From NCBI GenBank assembly GCA_041183645.1, contig JBEGLG010000113.1, positions 1 to 32,796 of the forward strand: 32,796 bases of DNA. The letters run 5' to 3'. Numbering within the stretch: the first letter of the stretch is position 1; every line of letters starts with the position of its first letter. The translations under genes were made by a program, and so were the position numbers. Origin of the DNA: Actinomycetota bacterium. Its GTDB lineage: Bacteria > Actinomycetota > Actinomycetes > S36-B12. Shown piece by piece: positions 1-8,310 of this stretch. The notes beneath the pieces are model-generated. The model searched no databases. It was not told the origin of the DNA and was given only the letters and a program-made list of their open reading frames with translations.

Positions 1-531
1 CCTGACATCTTCGTCATCGGCAAGAGCATTGGCGGCGGCATTCCCTGCGGCGCCTACGGCATTACGGATGACGTGGCCGCGCGCATCCGCGCGAATGAGG
101 AGGCCGATCTCGTCGACGTCGGCGGCGTCGGCGGAACCCTGGCCGGCAACGTGCTGTCGACCGCGGCCATCCGCGCGACTCTGGGCGAGGTACTGACCGA
201 ATCGGCCTTCGCGCACATGATCGCGCTCGCCACTCGCTATCGCGAGGGCGTGGAGGCCACGCTCGTCGAATTCGACATGCCGTGGTCGATCGCGCAGCTC
301 GGCGCTCGTGCCGAGTACCGCTTCACGCGGCCCGCACCGCGTACGGGCACCGAGTCGGCGGCGGCTCACGACGATGCCCTCGAGGAGTACCTGCACCTGT
401 TCATGTCGAACCGCGGCGTGCTGATGACCCCGTTCCACAACATGGCACTGATGTGCCCGGCTACGACGGCCGCAGATGTCGACCTGCACACGGTGCTCTT
501 CCGAGAGGCCGTCGAGCGACTCGTCGGGTAG
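1..531 (+). CDS. Class-III PLP-dependent aminotransferase (glutamate-1-semialdehyde aminomutase-like), C-terminal part; 5' end outside window
   Basis: Frame 1 is open from nt 1 (PDIFVIGKSIGGGIPCGAYG...). The G-K-x-x-GGG Schiff-base lysine segment of class-III aminotransferases therefore precedes the ORF-track start at 73. TAG at 529-531. Strong G/C third-position bias. Confidence 0.8.
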   Translation, partial: PDIFVIGKSIGGGIPCGAYGITDDVAARIRANEEADLVDVGGVGGTLAGNVLSTAAIRATLGEVLTESAFAHMIALATRYREGVEATLVEFDMPWSIAQLGARAEYRFTRPAPRTGTESAAAHDDALEEYLHLFMSNRGVLMTPFHNMALMCPATTAADVDLHTVLFREAVERLVG

Positions 532-542
532 GTGCGAGCATG

Positions 543-577
543 CGAGAGGGGGGCGGTCAGTGACCGCCCCCCTCTCG
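543..577. terminator. Bidirectional intrinsic-terminator-like hairpin between convergent genes
   Basis: cGAGAGGGGGGCGGTCA-g-TGACCGCCCCCCTCTCg: 17-bp perfect inverted repeat, 12 nt after the aminotransferase stop and 10 nt before the stop (588-590) of the minus-strand hydrolase gene. No U-tract, which is usual in actinobacteria. Confidence 0.75.
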
Positions 578-587
578 TCACTGCTGA

Positions 588-1844
588 CTAGTTGGTGACC
601 AGCACCGGATCGGCCGTGGTGACCTTCTTGGCACCGAGCTGCTTGCAAGTGCCATCGAGGCTGCACTCCTTGGCGTACGAGGCGTTCAGCTTGATGCTCT
701 TCGCGGTACCGCTGTCGGTGTAGACCACCTGGAACTTCTTGCCACCCTTGGTGAAGTTGCAGGTGACATTGGTGCCCTTGGTGGGGCAGCCATTGAAGGT
801 CGCACCCACGATCCACTTCTGCAGGGTCTGGTAGGCCATGGCGCCCGGGGTGTTGTTGTACATCTGGATACCCCACAGGTCGTTGTACGGCTCCCAGCGG
901 TACCAGTACACGCGGCTGATGTTCAGTCGCAGTGCATCGAGGTAGGTGCGCGCGACCCAGTCAGCAGCCTTGGATCCGTCGAGATCAACATCGGGGTTCT
1001 GCGGACCAGGGCCCTTCAGGCCGAAGTTGTTCTCGGTATCCCAGAGCGGCTTCTTGGGGGCACCGGCCGCGGTGAGAGCGTTCTCCCACATCGTTGCCAG
1101 CGCCTCGCGATCGACCGGAGTTCCGAGGCTCGCGGGGTAGGTGTGAGCGGCCCAGACATCGACGGGCCAGTTGTAGGCCTTCAATGCGGCGAGGTACTTG
1201 GGGTAGAACTTCTGGAACGGGCCACCAAGACGCGTGCCCGTGCTCGGTGCCACCACAGTCGCGCTCGGATCAATGCGCTTGATGATGTCGTAGGCATGCT
1301 TCGTGAGGTCGGCCATGTCTTGAGCGCTACCGGTGGAGAAAGTGGCGAGATTGGCCTCGTTCCACGGCTGGTACGCGGTGATCTTGCCCTTGTAGCGAGT
1401 GACGACCTGCGTGACCCAGTTATCCCACCAGGCGATGTCGCGCGGCATGCCGGCTGCGCCGGGCTGGGGGAGTGCGGTCGGGGACGGATCGTCAGTGGCC
1501 CAGGCGGGAGTGCCGGCGAGCACCATCAGGATGTCGTTCACGCCGTGGGCCTTCGACGTGGCCACTGCGGTGTCGAGTGCAGTCCAGTCGAACACGCCCT
1601 GGGTGCGCTCGATATTCGCCCAGGAGGTCTTGTTGTCCCACAGGCGCAGTGAGCCGAAGCCGATGGTCGGCCACTCGCCTACCTCTGCGTTGTAGACGTG
1701 CATGCCGAAGAGGCTGTCCTTGATGACAGTGCCCTTCGGAGTTTGAGTAACTGCCTGTGCCGGGGCAGCGAGGCCGATGCTGGTCAGCAGGGTCGCCGAT
1801 GCGGCGACGAGGGCAAGTGTGCGAAGTGGGGTGCGAAATGACAT
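588..1844 (-). CDS. Secreted clan GH-A (TIM-barrel) glycoside hydrolase, family not resolved (GH5/GH39-like)
   Basis: Sec signal peptide MSFRTPLRTLALVAASATLLTSIGLAAPAQA. YQPWNEANL (acid/base Asn-Glu motif of clan A) and PLWDTENNF (candidate nucleophile Glu). GATGGGG SD-like sequence before the ATG. Only 15 nt downstream of the preceding gene. Confidence 0.65.
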   Translation of the reverse strand: MSFRTPLRTLALVAASATLLTSIGLAAPAQAVTQTPKGTVIKDSLFGMHVYNAEVGEWPTIGFGSLRLWDNKTSWANIERTQGVFDWTALDTAVATSKAHGVNDILMVLAGTPAWATDDPSPTALPQPGAAGMPRDIAWWDNWVTQVVTRYKGKITAYQPWNEANLATFSTGSAQDMADLTKHAYDIIKRIDPSATVVAPSTGTRLGGPFQKFYPKYLAALKAYNWPVDVWAAHTYPASLGTPVDREALATMWENALTAAGAPKKPLWDTENNFGLKGPGPQNPDVDLDGSKAADWVARTYLDALRLNISRVYWYRWEPYNDLWGIQMYNNTPGAMAYQTLQKWIVGATFNGCPTKGTNVTCNFTKGGKKFQVVYTDSGTAKSIKLNASYAKECSLDGTCKQLGAKKVTTADPVLVTN

Positions 1845-1859
1845 GACCCCATCGTGCCA

Positions 1860-3383
1860 TTACTCCGCGAAGGCAATCGCCACCAGGGTGATGTCGTCGC
1901 GGGTCCACTCGGTGCTGCGCTCGCGCATGGCGGAGAGAATTCGCTCCAGCGTCTCTGACGGTTCACCTCGCACCTCGGCGGGCAAGGACAGCAGCTCGCG
2001 AAGGAGATCCTCGGTCTCAAGCGATCGGCCGTCGACTGTTGTCCCCTCGATGAGTCCGTCGGTGAACGAGATGAGCACATCACCCTCGCGAGTCGTGGTC
2101 TGCATGCATGTCCAGGTAGCGTCGAGGGACGAGAGCAGGGGTCCGGTGGGCTCGAGAGCCGTGGTGACGTCATCGCGTCCGATGAGAAGAGCCGGGTGAT
2201 GGCCGGCATTCGCCCAGCGAATCGAGTGATCGGCCTGGTCGATCAGCAGGATGATCACCGTGGCGAAGGTGCGCGAGTCACGCAAGGCCTGATGAGCGAG
2301 GCGCAGTGCTGCATCCGGCTGCGCACCCGAGGCGAGCGCTGCTCTCAGGAGCGTGCGCACCTGCATCGCCATCAGCCCTGCGACGGCGCCGTGACCGGCG
2401 ACATCGCCGATCACCACGGCAAGACGATGACCCGGGCATTCGAGGGCATCCCACCAGTCGCCGGCGATGACACCCTCGGCGGAGGACATTCGTCCGCTCA
2501 GGGCTAGCCCCTGCGGCAGATCCACGGCGCCGGGGCTCATCGACGCGCGCAGGGCCTCGGCCAGCGGGGCATCCTGCGCGAGTCCGCCGCGGGCCGCGCG
2601 GGCCTCGTCGATCTCGCGCACCAGCCCGCGGCGCAGGGCCTCGGCGTCGAGGGCCACGGACTCGAGCTCGGGTGGGCCTGTAGCGGCAATCGGATGCAGA
2701 TGCCCCGGTTCCTCGGCGGCTTGCTGAAGATCGCCGCGAATTCGGGTGAGCGGAATGAGCACCCAGCGCCGCAGGCCGAGGTAGTAGGCGAGCAGCAGGG
2801 CAAGAACGAGCAGACCGGAGAGCAGCAGCATCACGCCGAGAATGCGCAGGAAGTCGAGCAGGGTGATGCTCGCGTTCAGGCGGCGTTCGTCAACAGCGTC
2901 CTGGAGATCCTGCGTCGTCTGCGTCATCGCGGCATAGGTCGACCAGGCCGCCTTTGAGTCGGTGACTGACTTCGCCTTCGTGGCATCGCCTGCATCCATG
3001 GCGGCGAGGACGGGAGTCCCGTCTGCGTCGATCCAGGCTGCCTGGGCGAGCCGTGACTTCTCGGCCAGCGGCCGGATCTCCGGCGCGGCATCGAGCCGCT
3101 GCACGATCTGGTCGATGAGAACCTCGGCGCGCTCGACCTGACGCACGTAGTCCCGGCGGCTGGCTGCGCGATCCAGGAGGACGTAATCCGAGAGGGAGGC
3201 CGATGCACTGACCTGCGCGAGCACGAGAGCCTCGACAGCATCGGCGGCAGGAGTGATGCGAGTGCGGATCGCGTTGCTGGTCGCGTATGTCGCGGTGAAT
3301 TGGCTCAGCACGATGCCGGTGGCAATGACGACTCCGAGCGCGCCGAGAATCGCTGCGATCAAGGCGCGTCGTCTCAGGCTCAC
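1860..3383 (-). CDS. Membrane sensor PP2C/SpoIIE-family phosphatase (extracytoplasmic helical sensor, HAMP, PP2C)
   Basis: GTG start. TM1 ALIAAILGALGVVIATGIVL, about 150-aa helical (CHASE3-like) region, TM2 ILGVMLLLSGLLVLALLLAYYL followed by a HAMP-like segment. PP2C metal-binding blocks GDWWDAL, VVIGDVAGHGAVAGLMA, ISFTDGLIE, DDITLVAI. Confidence 0.8.
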   Translation of the reverse strand: MSLRRRALIAAILGALGVVIATGIVLSQFTATYATSNAIRTRITPAADAVEALVLAQVSASASLSDYVLLDRAASRRDYVRQVERAEVLIDQIVQRLDAAPEIRPLAEKSRLAQAAWIDADGTPVLAAMDAGDATKAKSVTDSKAAWSTYAAMTQTTQDLQDAVDERRLNASITLLDFLRILGVMLLLSGLLVLALLLAYYLGLRRWVLIPLTRIRGDLQQAAEEPGHLHPIAATGPPELESVALDAEALRRGLVREIDEARAARGGLAQDAPLAEALRASMSPGAVDLPQGLALSGRMSSAEGVIAGDWWDALECPGHRLAVVIGDVAGHGAVAGLMAMQVRTLLRAALASGAQPDAALRLAHQALRDSRTFATVIILLIDQADHSIRWANAGHHPALLIGRDDVTTALEPTGPLLSSLDATWTCMQTTTREGDVLISFTDGLIEGTTVDGRSLETEDLLRELLSLPAEVRGEPSETLERILSAMRERSTEWTRDDITLVAIAFAE

Positions 3384-3398
3384 GCGCTCACCGTAGCG

Positions 3399-5561
3399 TC
3401 AGGGAGTCGGTGTCGACGCTGACGCGGCTTCGACAATGGCGTCCGCGACGCCGGGCTCGAGCAGGAGTGAGCCCTCGAGGCTCAGGTGGGTCTCGTCCTG
3501 ATAGAACACGACGCCATCCTTGGCCGTCGCGCACGTCGTTCCGTCGCAGACATAGGGAAGGGCATCGAAGATCACGGTGCCGGGGTACTTCGCGGCGACC
3601 GCGGTCTCGGCGTCGAGTGCGGGCTTGCGATGGGCGATCGCCTCGGCCTCGTCGAGTGTGTAGGCCTTCGACCCGAATGCCTGCGCGAAGATCGAGTGCT
3701 GGTCGACGAACTCCGGGAACTCAGGCACGGCACCGATGATCACGACACCGATGCCCGCAGCGCGAAGCGGAGCCACGACATCGTCGATTCCCTGCTTCCA
3801 GAGCTTCGCTGCCTCGGATGTCGAGCCCGCCATGCCGCCGCTCTTCGTGGCCGCCGTGCGCCACCTGATCTCGGGATGCACGTAGCCGGCCGAGCGATTC
3901 GCGATGACCACCACTGCGGGCTTGGTGTCGAGTGCGAACTTCAGTGCGGACTTCTGCCAGGCGCGGCAGGGGTGATCATGCGAGCCACTCGATTCGCGTC
4001 CGAGGAAGGGGCAGCCCGTGTTGCTCGAGACGAAGGTGCGATAGCCGAGTTTCTCGTCAGCGGCGATGACCGCATCGGCAAGGGCGTAGGCCTGCGAGTC
4101 GCCGAGCATCAGCACGGTGGAGGTACCGGTGCCGAAGCTGCAGGTGGCGGGAGCGATGTCGGTGTTCACGCATCCGCGCGCGACTGCAGCATGCTGATTG
4201 CGCAGGTCATTGGTCGTGGTGTCTGCGGTGACCGCCTCGCCATCGCTGACGGCAGTGGTGGCCGGTGCCGCCGGTGCGCCATCGCCCGTGGCGACGCTCG
4301 CGCTCGACGCGACGGGCGACGCGGCCCCCCAGTGCTGATTCGCGCCGACGAGGAGCCCGATGCACAGGGCGAGCGGAAGACCGCTGGTGGCGAGGATGAC
4401 CAGCGCGCTGCGCACGCGGGTGCGAGGCCGAAGTGCGCGCATCGGCTGCTCGAGGAAGCGATAGGAGAGCAGTGCGGGAATGAGGGATCCGGCCGCGGCA
4501 GCGACAAGGACCCACGGCTGACTCGGCCAGATCACGCCGGCGAAGACGATCAGCGGCCAGTGCCACAGGTACCACGAATACGAGATGTCGCCGATGAACG
4601 TGAAGGGGCGCCAGGCGAAGGCGCGGCTCACCATGGTGTCGCCCTGGGATCCCGCCCCGATGATCAGGCACGTGCCGACGACGGGGAGAAGGGCGAGCCA
4701 TCCCGGGAACGGCATCGAATCATTGATGCCGAATGCGGCGTAGAGCACGAGTGCGACTCCGAGGAAGCCGCCGAGCTCACGCCACTTATGCGCAATGTCG
4801 GGCATGCGAGCAAGGGCCAGTGCGAGCAGGGCGCCGATGCCGAACTCCCATGCGCGAGTGATCGGGGAGTAGAAGGCGAAGGTCTGCGCGCCGCCGAAGA
4901 ACGACGTCATGCCCTCGAGGAGGCCACTGCCGAATGTCCAGGCAATCGCGAGTGCGAAGGATCCTGCGGTCACGAGCAGGACGATCAGGAAGGGCAGTCG
5001 TAACGGTCGGCGGGCTCTGCGACCGAGATACCAAGCCAGGATCAGCAGACCGGGGAAGACGAGATAGAACTGCTCCTCGACCGAGAGCGACCAGGTATTG
5101 AGCAGCGGGTTGTGCACTGCTCCGGCGGCGAAGTAGTCGCCTGCCGCATGACCGATCACGAAGTTGGCCGACAGGAGCAGTGCGCCGATGCCGGTGGCGG
5201 CGGTGGTCTGCTGGTCTCCGTAAGGGCCTTGCAGGAAGAAGGAGCCGATCGCGACGACTCCCACGACAAGAGCCAGGGCGGGGGTCAGCCTCAGGAAGCG
5301 ACGGAAGTAGAAGGTGCCCATCGCGATCCGGCCTGTCTGTGCCCGCTGCCGCAGGAGCATGGCGGTGATCACGAAGCCCGAGATCGCGAAGAAGACGTCG
5401 ACCCCGGTGAAGCCCCCGGACACCGGGAGCCGGGCATGGAAGAGCACGACCAGGGTGACGGCGAGGGCACGCAGGCCCTGGATATCCGGGCGCCGGGAAC
5501 TGCGCTCGCCCATGGGCAGGGCAGAGATCGGGTCCGGGGAAGCCACGGGCCTATCTTCCAC
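3399..5561 (-). CDS. Acyltransferase-3 (OafA/YrhL-type) membrane O-acyltransferase fused to a C-terminal SGNH hydrolase-like domain
   Basis: DIQGLRALAVTLVVLFHARLPVSGGFTGVDVFFAISGFVIT is the acyltransferase-3 N-terminal signature. About 10 TM segments, an Ala/Ser/Thr-rich linker, then LMLGDSQAYA (SGNH block I). GTG start at 5561; internal ATG at 5513 is an alternative. Confidence 0.8.
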   Translation of the reverse strand: MEDRPVASPDPISALPMGERSSRRPDIQGLRALAVTLVVLFHARLPVSGGFTGVDVFFAISGFVITAMLLRQRAQTGRIAMGTFYFRRFLRLTPALALVVGVVAIGSFFLQGPYGDQQTTAATGIGALLLSANFVIGHAAGDYFAAGAVHNPLLNTWSLSVEEQFYLVFPGLLILAWYLGRRARRPLRLPFLIVLLVTAGSFALAIAWTFGSGLLEGMTSFFGGAQTFAFYSPITRAWEFGIGALLALALARMPDIAHKWRELGGFLGVALVLYAAFGINDSMPFPGWLALLPVVGTCLIIGAGSQGDTMVSRAFAWRPFTFIGDISYSWYLWHWPLIVFAGVIWPSQPWVLVAAAAGSLIPALLSYRFLEQPMRALRPRTRVRSALVILATSGLPLALCIGLLVGANQHWGAASPVASSASVATGDGAPAAPATTAVSDGEAVTADTTTNDLRNQHAAVARGCVNTDIAPATCSFGTGTSTVLMLGDSQAYALADAVIAADEKLGYRTFVSSNTGCPFLGRESSGSHDHPCRAWQKSALKFALDTKPAVVVIANRSAGYVHPEIRWRTAATKSGGMAGSTSEAAKLWKQGIDDVVAPLRAAGIGVVIIGAVPEFPEFVDQHSIFAQAFGSKAYTLDEAEAIAHRKPALDAETAVAAKYPGTVIFDALPYVCDGTTCATAKDGVVFYQDETHLSLEGSLLLEPGVADAIVEAASASTPTP

Positions 5562-5611
5562 CCCCGACCATGAGGGCTGACACCGTCCTCAGGCCGGGCC
5601 CAGGGATGGTC

Positions 5612-5631
5612 GGTGGGACGAAGGTCCCGAG
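5612..5631. promoter_or_regulatory. Candidate DosR/DevR-type operator (GGGAC-N4-GTCCC) upstream of cydA
   Basis: GGTGGGACGAAGGTCCCGAG compared with the M. tuberculosis DosR consensus TTSGGGACTWWAGTCCCSAA. Both pentamer half-sites are perfect with correct 4-nt spacing, about 15/20 overall. It lies 84 nt upstream of the cydA ATG. TATTCG (5654-5659) and TTGACT (5637-5642) are nearby promoter-like hexamers. Confidence 0.55.
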
Positions 5632-5711
5632 AAGTGTTGACTCTTGCCGCGTGTATTCGGTGCGTACCCCCAGGAGTATGGAATCGCTGAATACCAACGA
5701 AGGGTCAGATC

Positions 5712-7118
5712 ATGGGTGCGCTCGATCTCGCACGCTGGCAATTTGCCATCACCACCGTCTATCACTTCCTGTTCGTGCCGCTCACCCTCGGAACCGTCTG
5801 GTTCGTCGCGGGCTTCCAGACGGCTTACGTGCGAACCGGCAAGGAGAAGTACCTCAAGCTGACGAAGTTCTTCGGGAAGCTCTTCCTGATCAACTTCGCC
5901 ATGGGCGTGGTGACCGGCATCGTGCAGGAATTCCAGTTCGGCATGAACTGGTCCGAGTACTCGCGCTTCGTGGGCGACGTCTTCGGTGCCCCGCTTGCGA
6001 TGGAGGGCCTGCTCGCCTTCTTCCTCGAGTCGACCTTCATCGGCCTATGGATCTTCGGCTGGGATCGACTGCCGAAGAAGGTGCATCTCGCCACCATCTG
6101 GGCAGCGGCGATCGGCACGATGCTCTCGGCCTACTTCATCCTCGCGGCCAATGCCTGGATGCAGCATCCGGTCGGCTACGAGATCAGCGCCACCACCGGT
6201 CGCGCTGTCCTGAACAACATCGGTCTCGTGCTCTTCCAGAACACCGCGGTCATCGCCTTCTTCCACACCATCTCTGCGTCCTTCCTCGTAGCGGGCTCCG
6301 GCGTTGCCGCAATCGGCGCCTGGATGCTGATGAAGGATCGCCAGGTCGACATCTTCCGTCCCGCGGTCAAGATCGGCGCTGTCGTCGTCCTGCTCTCTGC
6401 AGTGGTCGTCTCGATCACCGGTGACATGGACGCCAAGATCATGGTGAAGCAGCAGCCGATGAAGATGGCGGCGGCTGAGGCGCTGTACAACACCACTGAC
6501 AAGGCGCCCTTCTCGATCCTGAGCATCGGCGATGTCTCCGGTTCGAGCGCGACTCCCGTGATCGAGGTGCCTGGCCTGACCTCGTTCATGGCCACCGGCT
6601 CCTTCGACGGCAATGTGCAGGGCATCAACGATCTGCAGGCGCAGTACGAGCAGACCTACGGCCCGGGCAACTACGCGCCCTACGTGCCGGTCAGCTACTG
6701 GGGCTTCCGCCTGATGATCGGCCTGGGCCTCATCGCCGCGGCGTGGGCGCTCTGGGCGCTGTGGCGCTACCGCGGCGGTCGCAATCCGAAGAGCAGGCTC
6801 TTTAACGTGATCAGCATGTTCATCACGCTCGGCCCTCTCGTCGGAATCTCCGCCGGCTGGATCTTCACCGAGATGGGACGTCAGCCCTGGATCGTGTTCG
6901 GCCAGCAGAAAACCGCTGATGCGGTGTCACCGCTTGTCTCGCCCGCTGAGGTGTGGATCTCGATGATCGGCTTCACGCTGGTCTACCTGGTTCTCGCCAT
7001 CATCGAGCTGCGCCTGCTGCTGCGCTACATCCGCGCGGGCGCCCCGGAGAACGTCATCGAGGATCCGTATGACGACTCCAAGAACGACGCCGACAAGCAG
7101 CTCTACTTCGCGTACTGA
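5712..7118 (+). CDS. cydA: Cytochrome bd ubiquinol/menaquinol oxidase subunit I
   Basis: N-terminus LARWQFAITTVYHFLFVPLTLG is the CydA signature (heme b558 His region). 468 aa (short Q-loop type). GAAGGG SD. Followed by cydB. Confidence 0.95.
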   Translation: MGALDLARWQFAITTVYHFLFVPLTLGTVWFVAGFQTAYVRTGKEKYLKLTKFFGKLFLINFAMGVVTGIVQEFQFGMNWSEYSRFVGDVFGAPLAMEGLLAFFLESTFIGLWIFGWDRLPKKVHLATIWAAAIGTMLSAYFILAANAWMQHPVGYEISATTGRAVLNNIGLVLFQNTAVIAFFHTISASFLVAGSGVAAIGAWMLMKDRQVDIFRPAVKIGAVVVLLSAVVVSITGDMDAKIMVKQQPMKMAAAEALYNTTDKAPFSILSIGDVSGSSATPVIEVPGLTSFMATGSFDGNVQGINDLQAQYEQTYGPGNYAPYVPVSYWGFRLMIGLGLIAAAWALWALWRYRGGRNPKSRLFNVISMFITLGPLVGISAGWIFTEMGRQPWIVFGQQKTADAVSPLVSPAEVWISMIGFTLVYLVLAIIELRLLLRYIRAGAPENVIEDPYDDSKNDADKQLYFAY

Positions 7119-7139
7119 TCGAAAGACGAGGAATAGCTC

Positions 7140-8234
7140 ATGGAACTCGTAACTGTCTGGTTCATCCTGATCGCCGTGCTGTGGATCGGATACCTCGTCC
7201 TCGATGGCTTCGACCTCGGTGTCGGAATGCTCCTGCCCTTCCTCGGGAAGGACGACCTTCGCCGTCGAGTCATGATCAACACGATCGGCCCGGTGTGGGA
7301 CGGCAATGAGGTGTGGCTGCTCGTCGCGGGAGGAGCGACCTTCGCGGCCTTCCCGCTCTGGTACGCCACGCTCTTCAGCGGCTTCTACCTGGCGCTCTTC
7401 CTGCTGCTGCTCGCGCTCATCCTGCGTGGCGTGGCATTCGAGTACCGCAGCAAGCACGACTCGGTGAAGTGGCGCGCAGGCTGGGACAAGGCGATCTTCG
7501 TCGGCTCCGTTCTTCCACCGCTGCTCCTCGGCGTTGCCTTCGGCAACATCTTCGGCGGTTCGAAGATTGGTCCGATCGCCGGAACCGCGGCGGACTTTCC
7601 GCTCGCGACCGATGCAGGACCGATCAACTACCTCGGCAACTTCTTCGACCTGCTGCTCAACCCCTTCGCACTCGTGGTCGGCGTGATGCTCGTGCTGGTC
7701 TTCGCCACGCATGGCGCGATCTTCCTGGCCCTGAAGACAAGCGGTGAGGTGCGCGAGGCCTCGCGCAAGGCTGCCGTCAAGGTGGGCGTGGCCGCGGCCG
7801 TGTTCGCCGTGGTCGGCCTGCTGTGGGCTCAGGCCTACTCCGGTCGCGTGGCCATCACGCTGCCGATCGTGCTGATTGCCGCAGTGCTCTGGCTGGCCGG
7901 TATCGGCATGACCCTCAAGGGTCGCGATGGCTGGGCCTTCCTGTTCAGTGCCGGCACCATCGCCCTGGCGGTCACGGCACTGTTCGTCGGGGCATTCCCG
8001 AACATCATGCTCAGCAGCATCGATTCCGCGTTCAACCTCACGGTGCACAACTCGGCAAGCCAGTCGTACACGCTGACCGTGATGACCATCGTCGCGGTGA
8101 TCATGACTCCGATCGTCCTGATCTACCAGGGCTGGACTTATTGGGTGTTCCGCAAGCGCATCAGCACCTCGCAGATCCCTGAGCAGTCAGCGCCGGGCCG
8201 TGCGGACGACCGATTCGCGGCGGCGAAGGGGTAG
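7140..8234 (+). CDS. cydB: Cytochrome bd oxidase subunit II
   Basis: MELVTVWFILIAVLWIGYLVLDGFDLGVGMLLPFLGK...GPVWDGNEVWL is the typical CydB N-terminus. 21 nt after cydA, with a GAGGAA SD. Confidence 0.93.
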   Translation: MELVTVWFILIAVLWIGYLVLDGFDLGVGMLLPFLGKDDLRRRVMINTIGPVWDGNEVWLLVAGGATFAAFPLWYATLFSGFYLALFLLLLALILRGVAFEYRSKHDSVKWRAGWDKAIFVGSVLPPLLLGVAFGNIFGGSKIGPIAGTAADFPLATDAGPINYLGNFFDLLLNPFALVVGVMLVLVFATHGAIFLALKTSGEVREASRKAAVKVGVAAAVFAVVGLLWAQAYSGRVAITLPIVLIAAVLWLAGIGMTLKGRDGWAFLFSAGTIALAVTALFVGAFPNIMLSSIDSAFNLTVHNSASQSYTLTVMTIVAVIMTPIVLIYQGWTYWVFRKRISTSQIPEQSAPGRADDRFAAAKG

Positions 8235-8256
8235 TCAGCACCGCTCAGCACGCGCT

Positions 8257-8284
8257 CAGGCGAACGGGTCCCCTCGTTCGCCTG
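8257..8284 (+). promoter_or_regulatory. Intercistronic stem-loop between cydB and cydD
   Basis: CAGGCGAACG-ggtcccct-CGTTCGCCTG: 10-bp perfect stem (12 bp if G.U and G-C closing pairs are added). It starts 23 nt after the cydB stop and ends 27 nt before the cydD GTG. Confidence 0.5.
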
Positions 8285-8310
8285 TGGCGCGTTCAGAGGA
8301 GAATGAGTAA

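Noticed and set aside
3009-3023. GACGGGA-G-TCCCGTC 7-1-7 palindrome resembling DosR half-sites
   Set aside because: The spacing is wrong (1 nt, not 4) and it lies in the middle of the PP2C phosphatase CDS, far from any promoter.
3486-5003. 505-aa plus-strand ORF antisense to the acyltransferase gene
   Set aside because: It lies entirely opposite a CDS with clear acyltransferase-3/SGNH motifs. Its translation is Arg/Gly/Asp/Glu/Ala-rich low-complexity with no motif. This is the typical shadow ORF of high-GC DNA, where stop codons are scarce in all frames.
5637-5642. TTGACT as the cydA -35 element
   Set aside because: No acceptable -10 lies at 16-19 nt spacing (GTGCGT/TGCGTA). I kept it only as a note within the DosR-box finding rather than calling a promoter.
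6927-8048. 373-aa minus-strand ORF antisense to cydA 3' end / cydB
   Set aside because: Same reasoning: the His/Glu/Arg/Asp-rich translation has no domain, and the opposite strand encodes an unmistakable CydB.
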